Shown here piece by piece: positions 7,888 to 16,769 of a stretch of 59,772 nucleotides of DNA. Every line of letters starts with the position of its first letter. The first letter of the stretch is position 1. The DNA lies in contig CACWWM010000001.1 of assembly GCA_902764565.1 (NCBI GenBank), positions 1 through 59,772 of the forward strand, written 5' to 3'. The notes beneath the pieces are model-generated. The model searched no databases and was not told the origin of the DNA. It saw nothing but the letters and a program-made list of their open reading frames with translations. The DNA is from an uncultured Eubacteriales bacterium. Its GTDB lineage: Bacteria; Bacillota; Clostridia; Christensenellales; Aristaeellaceae. The position numbers and the translations under genes were made by a program.

Positions 7888-8308
7888 TTTGCGGGAAAAG
7901 ACGGCACAGGGCCTTGCCCGCTGTGATGGAGCGGCGGTACAGCTTGGGCATTGCCCGGAAGATTGCCCTTATTTTGCTGAATCCGAACGCGCAGACAAGT
8001 GCGTGCAAAAACTTCACGCCGACGCTCTTTCCGTCATAAAAGGCTATATGGCACATGCTATGTCTGTGGAAGAAGCAGCGAGAAACGCATACAGCTATTA
8101 TCATACGCCTGATTCCGTGAAGCCTGTTTTCGTACAATTCCGGGATGAAACCTATGCAGACGAGGGCCTTACTCCCCCATGGCGCGGGGGCGTGAATCAA
8201 AGGGCCTTGCTCAAAGAGCCGGACAGATATGGAAAGGATTTTGTGTTCTGGACGGATCGCCCTTCCGAAGAGCAGATGAAAGGGGTGGAATGGGATGCGG
8301 CAAATTGA
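7874..8308 (+). CDS. hypothetical protein
   Basis: 144 aa, GTG start preceded by GAAGGAGG. Confidence 0.55.
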   Translation: MQRDDLREKTAQGLARCDGAAVQLGHCPEDCPYFAESERADKCVQKLHADALSVIKGYMAHAMSVEEAARNAYSYYHTPDSVKPVFVQFRDETYADEGLTPPWRGGVNQRALLKEPDRYGKDFVFWTDRPSEEQMKGVEWDAAN

Positions 8309-8687
8309 TGCTGATATTTTGAAGTCGCGGTTTGTTCCTCACCAATACTATTCCGCGGAAGCGATTTTGCAAAAGATTGATTCAGCGCAGAGTATTCAGC
8401 CGATAGGCCCCAGGGTGCTGACGCTTGAAGAAATTAAAGAGGCGCGCATCTGCTGGATTGAGGATCACACGGAAATACGCGATTTGCTTTATCCTGCAAT
8501 TTATCTTGGGAAGGGAAACGGAGAAGCCTATATGGTTTTCCTTGTTGATGAAGATGATGATGCGTTTGACGGCGCGGATTATCCTGATTCTGAACGATGG
8601 CTCGAACCCGGAGATATAAATATAGTTTGGCGTCCCTGGGATTCCAAACCCACGCCGGAACAGATGGAGGCTGCGGAATGGGAATAA
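8295..8687 (+). CDS. hypothetical protein
   Basis: 130 aa with RBS AGGGGTGGA. Confidence 0.55.
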   Translation: MRQIDADILKSRFVPHQYYSAEAILQKIDSAQSIQPIGPRVLTLEEIKEARICWIEDHTEIRDLLYPAIYLGKGNGEAYMVFLVDEDDDAFDGADYPDSERWLEPGDINIVWRPWDSKPTPEQMEAAEWE

Positions 8688-8792
8688 GCAAGCCCCTGAT
8701 TTGGCTGGATCGTCTGCGGGTGTGGATGGTGAAAAGGAGATTTCCGGCCAAGATGATAAACAGAATCAGCCGGATAGTATGCGGAGGACAGG

Positions 8793-9029
8793 ATGAAGTA
8801 TTCAGAACTTGAAGGACAGCTGATAACTATATCAAGAATGATTTCTTCTATTTCGGAGAGCACGGTATTTTCTTTTCAAGACGTGCTATCCGCTGTTCGC
8901 ATTGTTACCGTGGAAATGTTGAGAGCAAAGTCCATTTTCATATCAATGCCGGGATATTCTTTTGAAACATGCGTCCGCAACCTTCTGTTCTCCGCGGGCA
9001 TTGAGAAAGGAGAAATCCATGAAGTATAG
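8793..9029 (+). CDS. hypothetical protein (AT-richer segment)
   Basis: 78 aa with RBS GGAGGACAGG. Confidence 0.4.
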   Translation: MKYSELEGQLITISRMISSISESTVFSFQDVLSAVRIVTVEMLRAKSIFISMPGYSFETCVRNLLFSAGIEKGEIHEV

Positions 9030-9669
9030 ACCAATCCTTTTCAATAACGATATGGTTAAAGCCATACTGCAGGGACGCAAGACACAGACACGGCGGATCG
9101 TTAAGGCAAAAGGATGGATGGTAAACGACATCCCGAAATGGAAAGAAAAAGACGATCCGGAATACTGGTTTACAGTTTCAAACGACAAACAAGCAACGGT
9201 TATTTCTATTCGTCCACCGTGTGATCGTGGGGATATCCTATGGGTGCGGGAAGCATGGTGCAATCTTCCTGTTTCTCCCGGCGGGCATACGCGGCTCATG
9301 CGGGGCAGGTATTACTACAAAGCCGACACGCTGGATATAAGACCGGATGGATGGAAACGCGGGTGGAAGCCCAGCATACACATGCCGAAGGAAGCGGCCA
9401 GGCTATTCCTTCGGGTGACGGATGTACGGGCGGAACGGCTGCAAGAAATTACAAAAGAAGCTGCACTTGCAGAAGGAGCCGACGAAGTGGAATCCTGGGG
9501 AGGACGCGGCGATTTTTTCAAGCTCGCAGACTACACGATTTCCAACTATGCAAAGATATGGGATAAAACCGTCCCAAAGGCTGACCTTCCGCGCTATGGG
9601 TGGGAAGCAAACCCCTGGGTGTGGGTGATTGAGTTTGAGAGGATCGAGAAGCCGGAGGGGTGGATATGA
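9019..9669 (+). CDS. ASCH/PUA-like domain protein
   Basis: 216 aa. N-terminus PILFNNDMVKAILQGRKTQTRR is typical of phage ASCH-like proteins. RBS AAAGGAGAA. Confidence 0.5.
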   Translation: MKYRPILFNNDMVKAILQGRKTQTRRIVKAKGWMVNDIPKWKEKDDPEYWFTVSNDKQATVISIRPPCDRGDILWVREAWCNLPVSPGGHTRLMRGRYYYKADTLDIRPDGWKRGWKPSIHMPKEAARLFLRVTDVRAERLQEITKEAALAEGADEVESWGGRGDFFKLADYTISNYAKIWDKTVPKADLPRYGWEANPWVWVIEFERIEKPEGWI

Positions 9670-9980
9670 CAGAAAATGCCTTGAAAAATGCGCTGGTGGA
9701 ATTGGAAAAACGGCTAATGTCCGCACAGGAACAGGCGGATTATATCTACAACAATTTCGGCGTCGGTTTTACCGCTATTCATCCCAAATGGAATGATGCC
9801 CGGAAACCTGGGCTTCATTTGTACTGCGGTATTTCAGAGGCAGCCGAAGCGCTGGGAAAGGAAATAAAGATCAAGAAGGATTTTTCCCATGAACAGGCGA
9901 CCTTCAAACACAACGGATGCGACTATTTCCAGATACCGGAATACGACGGGCTGCGATACCGCAAGGCATGGGAGAAATAG
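9666..9980 (+). CDS. hypothetical protein
   Basis: 104 aa. ATG preceded by GGAGGGG. The ORF-track GTG start at 9660 is also possible. Confidence 0.55.
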   Translation: MTENALKNALVELEKRLMSAQEQADYIYNNFGVGFTAIHPKWNDARKPGLHLYCGISEAAEALGKEIKIKKDFSHEQATFKHNGCDYFQIPEYDGLRYRKAWEK

Positions 9981-9982
9981 AT

Positions 9983-10219
9983 ATGGCTGGCGCAATGACG
10001 ATTAAGACGGATTGCGGGATTGATATTTATGTTCTCCCTGATTACGCACGGTGCGCGCTGGCAAAGAAAAATCCCATGGAAATGAATGATTGCCCTGAAG
10101 GACGGGATTTCTGCTGTCCTGACAGCTGCGATTATTATTCTGAAAATACCGATTACTTTGAATATACGGAGGGTGGCAATGAATCAGAAGATATGCGACA
10201 GGTGCAAACGGGCGATTAG
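9983..10219 (+). CDS. small Cys-rich protein
   Basis: 78 aa with CPEGRDFCCPDSC. Confidence 0.45.
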   Translation: MAGAMTIKTDCGIDIYVLPDYARCALAKKNPMEMNDCPEGRDFCCPDSCDYYSENTDYFEYTEGGNESEDMRQVQTGD

Positions 10220-10400
10220 CTTTCCGCAAATGGGGATGATTCGCACAAAGGAAATAAGGACGGAAGCTCTTTTCCTGCGCAATACACGGGAACCAATCAC
10301 CATTGAATACGATTTATGCCCCGATTGCAAAGCGCTGTTCCTCGATTTCATGGAAGGGGAGGCAATACCGCCGTGCAGAACGGAAAAAGCGGGATCGTGA
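10179..10400 (+). CDS. small zinc-ribbon protein
   Basis: 73 aa with CDRC...CPDC. RBS GGAGGGTGG. Confidence 0.5.
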   Translation: MNQKICDRCKRAISFPQMGMIRTKEIRTEALFLRNTREPITIEYDLCPDCKALFLDFMEGEAIPPCRTEKAGS

Positions 10401-10555
10401 AATGCTGCTGCGCAACGTGCGAATGGAGATCAGACGAGTTTGTTTCCGTATGCTGCAACGGGGACAGCGACAAAAGGGCGGACTATGTGAACGCAGACGA
10501 TTGCTGCCCGGAATGGGAAGCCAAGAAAGATAAGGAGGAAGAACATGCTGATTAA
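10397..10555 (+). CDS. small Cys-rich protein
   Basis: 52 aa (VKCCCATCEW...VCC...CCPEW). The GTG start overlaps the upstream TGA. Confidence 0.35.
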   Translation: MKCCCATCEWRSDEFVSVCCNGDSDKRADYVNADDCCPEWEAKKDKEEEHAD

Positions 10556-11168
10556 AGAGCTTGTGGCGGAAATCCACCAAAACGCCGTCGCTCATGGATG
10601 GTGGGATAGCGAACGGAGCATTGAGGAAATCGACGCTCTGATTCACAGCGAATGGAGCGAAGCGCTGGAGGAAGCGCGGATGGGCCATCCTTTGGTTTAC
10701 CGCGTATGCCTGGAAGACCCGGAAGAAGAAAGCATTTGCCAACCGAAAGACGCTTCTGACTGCATGATGTACGGCAAGGAAACCAGGTGCAAGTTTTACG
10801 GGAAAAAGCCCGAGGGAATAGCCGTGGAGTTGATCGACGGGTGCATCCGCATCCTGGATTATTTTGGCAAGGTCGGGCTGATTGCCAAGGACGCAGAAAC
10901 CGGCAATGATTTGAACATCGAAGAAGAATACAACGATCCGGCGGTGACGGATTTGCTTCCGCGCGATGCTGTGATCCTGATAGCCAATCTACACACGGCA
11001 ACGTCCTATGCGCTTGACCAGGAAAATTACCGGGAATACTTTTTTCTCACCGCCCTTTCGTTGGCTATGTCCTGGATAAAAGCGAACGGCATTGATCCCT
11101 TGGCGCTCCTGATGGAAAAGCACGAATATAACAAAACCCGCCCATATAAGCACGGGAAACAATTCTAA
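10545..11168 (+). CDS. MazG-like nucleotide pyrophosphohydrolase
   Basis: 207 aa with IHQNAVAHGWWD, LIHSEWSEALEE and GIAVELIDGCIRILDY. RBS AAGGAGGAAG. Confidence 0.65.
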   Translation: MLIKELVAEIHQNAVAHGWWDSERSIEEIDALIHSEWSEALEEARMGHPLVYRVCLEDPEEESICQPKDASDCMMYGKETRCKFYGKKPEGIAVELIDGCIRILDYFGKVGLIAKDAETGNDLNIEEEYNDPAVTDLLPRDAVILIANLHTATSYALDQENYREYFFLTALSLAMSWIKANGIDPLALLMEKHEYNKTRPYKHGKQF

Positions 11169-11190
11169 CAGGGAAAGGCGGCACGCCGAA

Positions 11191-12111
11191 ATGTGCAGCA
11201 TCAATTTCGTGCGCGAATTTGGTTTAATGATGGAGGAAGCAAGAAAAGAATACTTAGGATGCCGGGAACGTATGCTTTGGATTGCGCTGTTCTACATTGC
11301 CAATGACAGAGCGAAGTATAACGCGCAGACGCAAACATATGAATGGCCGAGTGGATTCTTTCAGATTTCACATCAAGAGCTGGATTTGTACTGCAAATTG
11401 AATAAAAAAGCTGTGTTGGAGCTTAGGAACCATTTGAAACAGAAGGGATATATCGACTTTACGAAGGGCGAAAGGAACGCGGAAAAGCCCATGTATAAGC
11501 TGAATTATTTATCCCTGCGGGAGTTTGGGGGCGAAAATGACCCCAAAGATGGGGCCAACATGTACCCCAAAGACACCCCCAAAGAGGGGGCCAACATGTA
11601 CCCCAACACAGACGCCAAAGAAGGGCCCCTATTATATAAATATAAACAAGGGGAAAGTATGGGTATAAGAGCAGGGTATACACACACAGATGATAAGGAG
11701 GACTACCCATACACGCGCACGCGGGAGGGCGGATATATCGACGCCAAGGGCATTGAACGCCCTGCAAGATTTGACGCCGCATGGCTAACAAGCGACAGGG
11801 CACGGGCTGCCGTGGCGCAACGGCTGATAGACGGATTCGGCTTTTCGTGCAATCCAGGATCCTTCCTGCACAATCGCCTTGTGGACATGATGGCCTACGG
11901 CATGCCCCCGGAATTGATAGAGGACTTCGGACAGCAATGCGCCACGCCGGAAAGCGTGCTGGCGCGTCTTGATATGATCGCCATGCAGCGCGGATATACC
12001 GAGGAAGCACGGGAATGGGATAGATGCCTGAAAATAGCCAACGGAAACACGGAATTTGCCAAGAGACTGTACAGGATGCACCTGCAGAACCAAAATGCAC
12101 AAGAGGCATGA
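11191..12111 (+). CDS. replication initiator/organiser-like protein (winged-helix N-terminus, DnaD-like C-terminus)
   Basis: 306 aa. Contains an internal DNA iteron pair and an AT-rich tract. The start is uncertain; an alternative ATG lies at 11227. Confidence 0.5.
   Translation: MCSINFVREFGLMMEEARKEYLGCRERMLWIALFYIANDRAKYNAQTQTYEWPSGFFQISHQELDLYCKLNKKAVLELRNHLKQKGYIDFTKGERNAEKPMYKLNYLSLREFGGENDPKDGANMYPKDTPKEGANMYPNTDAKEGPLLYKYKQGESMGIRAGYTHTDDKEDYPYTRTREGGYIDAKGIERPARFDAAWLTSDRARAAVAQRLIDGFGFSCNPGSFLHNRLVDMMAYGMPPELIEDFGQQCATPESVLARLDMIAMQRGYTEEAREWDRCLKIANGNTEFAKRLYRMHLQNQNAQEA
11541..11629 (+). repeat. direct repeats CCCCAAAGAKGGGGCCAACATGTACCCCAA x2 plus a degenerate third; candidate ori iterons
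   Basis: Copies at 11541..11570 and 11577..11606, with a partial copy at 11611..11629. Followed by an AT-rich stretch, about 11630..11700. Confidence 0.45.
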
Positions 12112-12126
12112 AAGGAAGCCAACACC

Positions 12127-12690
12127 ATGAACAGAGAAATCATATACCAGATCATGATCGAACCAAGGGAAATGACGCGGGCAGAAGCCGAAGAAATGGA
12201 CAGAAAGGAACACTGGCGGAATAAAATCACAAGCTGGCAAATGGAGGATATGAGCGCACTTCGGGCTATGGTGACATGGGCAAAGAACATTTTGGACAAG
12301 CCCCAAATGCAGACCCTATTGCGGCAATCCAAGGCCCTGGGCCTGGGGAAAAGCGGGATCGGCATGCTGCAAAAAGCATTTGAAAATACGGCGCGGAACG
12401 TGAGCGCCGTCCAGCTTCGGACGATAGACGCAAACTGGCAAAACATCACCCTTTCTTCTTCCCGTCAGGTAAAAGGCTTTGTAAACGTGGACGCGGACGT
12501 GCTGGAAGTGTTGATCCAGCAAACGATTGAAGCCTGCCAGGAAAAATTTTGCATGATGGACGAAAAGAACAGCAGAAGGTGCCCCGTGCGCAATGCGCTG
12601 GATCAGTGCATGAACGCCGGGAGGATTCACGATAAGCGGGAAGAATGGGGCGGGGATTTGTGCCCCTACTGCCTGAAGAAAGGGGATTGA
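12127..12690 (+). CDS. hypothetical protein
   Basis: 187 aa with RBS GAAAGGAAG. Confidence 0.6.
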   Translation: MNREIIYQIMIEPREMTRAEAEEMDRKEHWRNKITSWQMEDMSALRAMVTWAKNILDKPQMQTLLRQSKALGLGKSGIGMLQKAFENTARNVSAVQLRTIDANWQNITLSSSRQVKGFVNVDADVLEVLIQQTIEACQEKFCMMDEKNSRRCPVRNALDQCMNAGRIHDKREEWGGDLCPYCLKKGD

Positions 12691-12696
12691 GCCAAT

Positions 12697-13386
12697 ATGA
12701 AACCGATTTATGAACCGAGGGGCAAGGCCAAGGAGTACGGAGATTTTGCTCTGAATATCTACACTGGATGTCCGCATAGGTGCTTCTATTGCTTCGCTCC
12801 TAACGTGCTGCGTCGGGATCGGGAAGAATTTCACAGTCATGTGGAACCTCGCCCGGGCATTGTGAAGGAAACGAGCAACCAACTGGCGCGGGAAAACATA
12901 ACCGGCAAGCTGATTCATCTTTGCTTTACATGCGATCCGTACCCGACGGGATATGACACAAGCACAACCAGAGAGATTATCCAACTGCTGAAACAATTCG
13001 GAAACCACGTTCAGATTTTGACGAAAGGGGACGGCAGAAGGGATTTTGATTTGCTGGATGATGGCGACTGGTACGGGATCACCATGGACTGCGGAAACAA
13101 TTACACCGCGCCGGTTGCGAAATACGGCTGCCTGCAATTGGCGGAGGCGAAAGCGAGGGGCATTAAGACGTGGGTATCATTTGAACCCGTGCTTGACGAA
13201 AAGGCTTTCCGGTTTTTGCTTGGAGAAGTAAGCGGATTGGCGGACAAGGTGAAGATCGGGAAGCTGAACTATTACCCTTCGAGCATCAATTGGGGCGATT
13301 TTGGACGGGAAGCGGAAGCCCTCTGCAAACGCCTGGGGATTGACTATTACATCAAGGACAGCTTACGGGCGGAAATGAGAAAATGA
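12697..13386 (+). CDS. radical SAM protein (SplB/photolyase-like CxxxCxxC)
   Basis: 229 aa with YTGCPHRCFYCFAP. Confidence 0.65.
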   Translation: MKPIYEPRGKAKEYGDFALNIYTGCPHRCFYCFAPNVLRRDREEFHSHVEPRPGIVKETSNQLARENITGKLIHLCFTCDPYPTGYDTSTTREIIQLLKQFGNHVQILTKGDGRRDFDLLDDGDWYGITMDCGNNYTAPVAKYGCLQLAEAKARGIKTWVSFEPVLDEKAFRFLLGEVSGLADKVKIGKLNYYPSSINWGDFGREAEALCKRLGIDYYIKDSLRAEMRK

Positions 13387-13406
13387 ACCAGCAAAGAGGG
13401 TGACGT

Positions 13407-14222
13407 ATGAGGGCTATTTTTAGATACCCAGGGAGTAAATGGGGAATTGCCGACTGGATCATCCAGCATTTTCCCGCGGAATATGAAAAGATGGTGTATC
13501 TGGAACCATTCGCGGGAAGCGGCGCGGTATTCTTCAACAAAATTCCTGGGGCCGTGGAAACCATCAATGACATTGACAGCGATATTGTAAACCTTTTTCG
13601 CGTTCTGCGGGAACAGCCGGAAAACCTTAAGCGCATGTTGGAGTTGACGCCGTACAGCCGGGAGGAATACGACAAATCCTTTGAGGACTGCGACGAACCG
13701 CTTGAAAAGGCGCGAAGGTACATGATACGAACCACGCAGGCCATCGGCGCGAAGCTTGGAAGCAAATGCGGCTGGCGGAACCATAAGCAAATGCGGATCG
13801 GCGGAACTGCCTGCAAGTGGGCGGGAATCACGGAAACCATTGATGCGGCAGCGGTCAGACTGCGGGGCGACACCACCCATTTGGTGCAGATCGAGCATAT
13901 GGACGCGCTGCGGCTGATTCAAAGGTATAACAACAAGGACGTACTGATGTACCTTGATCCTCCCTACCTGCGGGCAACACGAAAAACCGGTAGGCTGTAC
14001 AAGCACGAAATGGATAATACCGGGCAAATTGCCATGCTGGAAGAAATAAGGAAAAGCAAAGCAAAAATACTTCTTTCTGGCTACGATTCAGAAATGTATA
14101 ACCATTTTCTTGCCGGATGGAAAACAGATACGACAATTACCCATACAACATCGGCGGATAAGGCAGAAGAAAAAATCTGGATGAACTATGAACCGCCCGC
14201 GGAACAAATGAGGATGGTATAA
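13407..14222 (+). CDS. dam: DNA N6-adenine methyltransferase (Dam-like, D12 class)
   Basis: 271 aa with FAGSGAVFF and YLDPPY. Confidence 0.85.
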   Translation: MRAIFRYPGSKWGIADWIIQHFPAEYEKMVYLEPFAGSGAVFFNKIPGAVETINDIDSDIVNLFRVLREQPENLKRMLELTPYSREEYDKSFEDCDEPLEKARRYMIRTTQAIGAKLGSKCGWRNHKQMRIGGTACKWAGITETIDAAAVRLRGDTTHLVQIEHMDALRLIQRYNNKDVLMYLDPPYLRATRKTGRLYKHEMDNTGQIAMLEEIRKSKAKILLSGYDSEMYNHFLAGWKTDTTITHTTSADKAEEKIWMNYEPPAEQMRMV

Positions 14223-14223
14223 A

Positions 14224-14430
14224 ATGGCCGAAAAAGCGCGATGGCTTGACGAACCATGCCCGATGTGCGGCGGACGGATGAACAGCTGGGACGTGAAAAT
14301 TGGAAAGGCCCTGGGGTATAAAAACACGATATGCGAAAAGTGCGTATCAAAAGAGTACAACAGGAGCGTTGACGAAATCCGGGAAATCATGGAGGATTTT
14401 TTTGGGATGAGGCCATGCAAGGGTATTTGA
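14224..14430 (+). CDS. small zinc-ribbon protein
   Basis: 68 aa with CPMCGG...CEKC. Confidence 0.5.
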   Translation: MAEKARWLDEPCPMCGGRMNSWDVKIGKALGYKNTICEKCVSKEYNRSVDEIREIMEDFFGMRPCKGI

Positions 14431-15713
14431 AATCAAGAATGTGGCCCACGCAGGGAACGAACGAACTGACGGAATTGCTGATCTCCAAGGGAGCAGACCC
14501 GGAAGATATGAATACATGGCCGGGCGACGTTATCTCCGTGGATAGAAAGCATTTCGTCTATCTGGCGGAAGGAAGAAAGCGGGCGTGGCTGCAATGGGAA
14601 AGCCCCTGCGGATTGCTGGCGCAGGGAACACCTGGGCAATGGTGGGGGGAATTACAAATAGATGGGGTTTTCCATTGCGCTGAAAACTTCAATCCTCTGT
14701 TCGCCTGCCCGTGGCCCGGAAAGAAATGCCCATATAAGAAGAAACTGCCGCCGGGGATCAACTGTGAATTTCATTGGAGCGAAAAGCAGTACGATCCCAA
14801 ATTGGATATAGCCAACATTGAACGGGAGAAAGATACCGCCCTGCATGTCCTGTATGAAAAAGACTTGCAGGATCATCCTGGATATGAAATGCGCTGCATG
14901 AACGCCAAGGAAGTGCTCATGCCGGATGGCAAATGGGGGTTTCGTTTTCGGTGGGATTTACATGAATGTATCAAGTATTGCAGAAATACATGCTGCCCGG
15001 CCAGAGGATGGAAAGAAAGGAACACGGAGCCGGTAAACATCTTCTTTGATGTATATGTCGAAAGAGGGTATGAAGATGAATACTTAGGTATGGTTTATCC
15101 GCGCATAGAAAAAAGTGTGAAAAAAGGGATGAAGGTATTCGATAATCCTGTGGCGAGGACGGACGCCGAATTTGCCCTTAAAATATGGGAAAGAAATCCC
15201 GGATCGCACATCCTTCCGCTTGCCATGGATAGGTTAAACCCAATCGCCGGATTAGGAGAAAGACAGCGTGACGCTGAAAGGGAAGCCTATTTCGTCGAGC
15301 ATCACGGCGTATATAACGGGAAACGGTATACAATATACGCGGAACTGCGCAATATCCGCATTGCAAAATTTGAGCAGCGGGATATTATGCAAGACCTGGA
15401 AGATGTGCGGAATGGAATAGAAGTGATTCACCCGAGCGACCAGACGAAACGGGCAAAGAAAGACAAGGCGGAAAGAAGGAAGCAGGCAGAGATTGATAAA
15501 CGCGCAAAGCAGTACGCTTCGGGAAACAAGGGTTCAAGAAGCATCATCCTTCATCCATATATATCAAATGCCAATGATTCAAAGAACGTTCAGAAAAAGA
15601 AGGACGATATGCTGGATGCCATCAAAGAGAGGGCAAAGCAGATCGAGAAGAAACAACGATTGAAGGAAGAACGAGAACAGGCAAAAGCAGGACAGACAAG
15701 CATGTTTGATTAA
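14415..15713 (+). CDS. large orphan protein, Cys-rich N-terminal half and Lys/Glu-rich tail
   Basis: 432-aa uninterrupted ORF in the operon strand. No family recognised. Confidence 0.6.
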   Translation: MQGYLKSRMWPTQGTNELTELLISKGADPEDMNTWPGDVISVDRKHFVYLAEGRKRAWLQWESPCGLLAQGTPGQWWGELQIDGVFHCAENFNPLFACPWPGKKCPYKKKLPPGINCEFHWSEKQYDPKLDIANIEREKDTALHVLYEKDLQDHPGYEMRCMNAKEVLMPDGKWGFRFRWDLHECIKYCRNTCCPARGWKERNTEPVNIFFDVYVERGYEDEYLGMVYPRIEKSVKKGMKVFDNPVARTDAEFALKIWERNPGSHILPLAMDRLNPIAGLGERQRDAEREAYFVEHHGVYNGKRYTIYAELRNIRIAKFEQRDIMQDLEDVRNGIEVIHPSDQTKRAKKDKAERRKQAEIDKRAKQYASGNKGSRSIILHPYISNANDSKNVQKKKDDMLDAIKERAKQIEKKQRLKEEREQAKAGQTSMFD

Positions 15714-15735
15714 AACCGCAAGCGCTTGCGGGTTT
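15713..15735 (+). terminator. palindrome AAACCGCAAGCGCTTGCGGGTTT
   Basis: Directly after the stop codon. The T run is short. The same core recurs at 34504 and 52205. Confidence 0.45.
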
Positions 15736-15749
15736 GGAGGGCATGAGCC

Positions 15750-16046
15750 ATGATAAAAGCTGACCTTGAAAAACGAGTGTGGGAACTTGAATGCGATAAC
15801 CGGAGGCTGATCAAGGAGGCTTTGGAAGCAAGGCGCGCTTTGGAAGAAAAAAACGCCCCGCCGCTGACCGAGGAAGAAGCGGAGGCGATTCGGCGCATGA
15901 AACACGGAACATATATTGTGAGAAGGGACACGCTGCGATACTGCGCGGAGTGCGGGGCGTGGCAGAAGGGAATGGAAACCCCGAATTACTGCCATAACTG
16001 CGGGCTTCCTTTCCTGGAACACAGAAACAGAGGACAAGAAAAATGA
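15750..16046 (+). CDS. hypothetical protein with C-terminal zinc ribbon
   Basis: 98 aa with CAECG...CHNCG. Confidence 0.55.
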   Translation: MIKADLEKRVWELECDNRRLIKEALEARRALEEKNAPPLTEEEAEAIRRMKHGTYIVRRDTLRYCAECGAWQKGMETPNYCHNCGLPFLEHRNRGQEK

Positions 16047-16495
16047 CGATAAAAGTGTGCAATCAGGATATTCCTCAACTTGCATGCGTTCTACCCATCA
16101 TGCAAGAAGTGGTTGGAACGGAACGAAAAGCGGAATGGATGCGAGAAAGGATGTATGGCATGGGTCAGCATCTAACCGGGATGCCAGGCGGCGGATCATT
16201 GCCGAAGGGGCTTGACGATCCTTTGGCGGAGATTTCGGAGCTCTGCGAAAAATACAAAGAACAGATGGCCCAATGCACGGCGGAATTGAAGGAAGCGGAA
16301 AACATACTGAACGGGATCAAAAGCCGAACCATGAGAACGTTTGTGCTTATGAAATACGTGCTGGACGTGCCCAATACTAAGATCATGAAAACGCTGGGCA
16401 TGAGCAAATGGCGCTTTGAACGCGCCTTGAAAACCATAGAGGATGCGCCGGATATGGCGCATGCGGCATGGCATGAAAGGTATGAGACGATATGA
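16043..16495 (+). CDS. putative late-gene regulator (sigma-70 region-4-like HTH; ArpU/RinA- or Q-like role)
   Basis: 150 aa. C-terminal region RTFVLMKYVLDVPNTKIMKTLGMSKWRFERALK. Sits immediately upstream of the late promoter and packaging genes. Confidence 0.45.
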   Translation: MTIKVCNQDIPQLACVLPIMQEVVGTERKAEWMRERMYGMGQHLTGMPGGGSLPKGLDDPLAEISELCEKYKEQMAQCTAELKEAENILNGIKSRTMRTFVLMKYVLDVPNTKIMKTLGMSKWRFERALKTIEDAPDMAHAAWHERYETI

Positions 16496-16520
16496 AAAAA
16501 TAATTTTTTTCCAAAACCAG

Positions 16521-16549
16521 TTGAAACGGCAAGCCCAATGTGGTAATAT
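16521..16549 (+). promoter_or_regulatory. promoter TTGAAA-17-TAATAT with upstream TG
   Basis: Hexamers at 16521..16526 and 16544..16549, in a 270-bp non-coding gap ahead of the structural operon. Confidence 0.55.
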
Positions 16550-16567
16550 GCTACTATCGGAAGAAGT

Positions 16568-16604
16568 GGAACCGGGCAAGCAAACGCTTTCCCGGTTCTT
16601 TTTA
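16568..16604 (+). terminator. intrinsic terminator GGAACCGGG-N14-CCCGGTTC-TTTTT
   Basis: Lies only about 20 nt downstream of the -10, so the predicted transcript is about 50 nt unless antiterminated. Confidence 0.6.
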
Positions 16605-16769
16605 TGCCAAAAATAAAGATGGGTTCGCCGTGGGCGGCGCTGCGAGTGCAGGCGCGGCGTTACGCGGGATAAATAGGGCGTAGTTTTTTGGGAGTTTTTC
16701 ATGCGCCCTGCCTCCTTACCATTGGCGTGGATGGAAGGAAAACAGCACAAAGAGAAAGGGGGTGGCAGC

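Noticed and set aside
8678-8812. 44-aa ORF overlapping the ends of two neighbouring genes
   Set aside because: It is short, has no clear RBS and overlaps 8793..9029. It cannot be supported from sequence alone.
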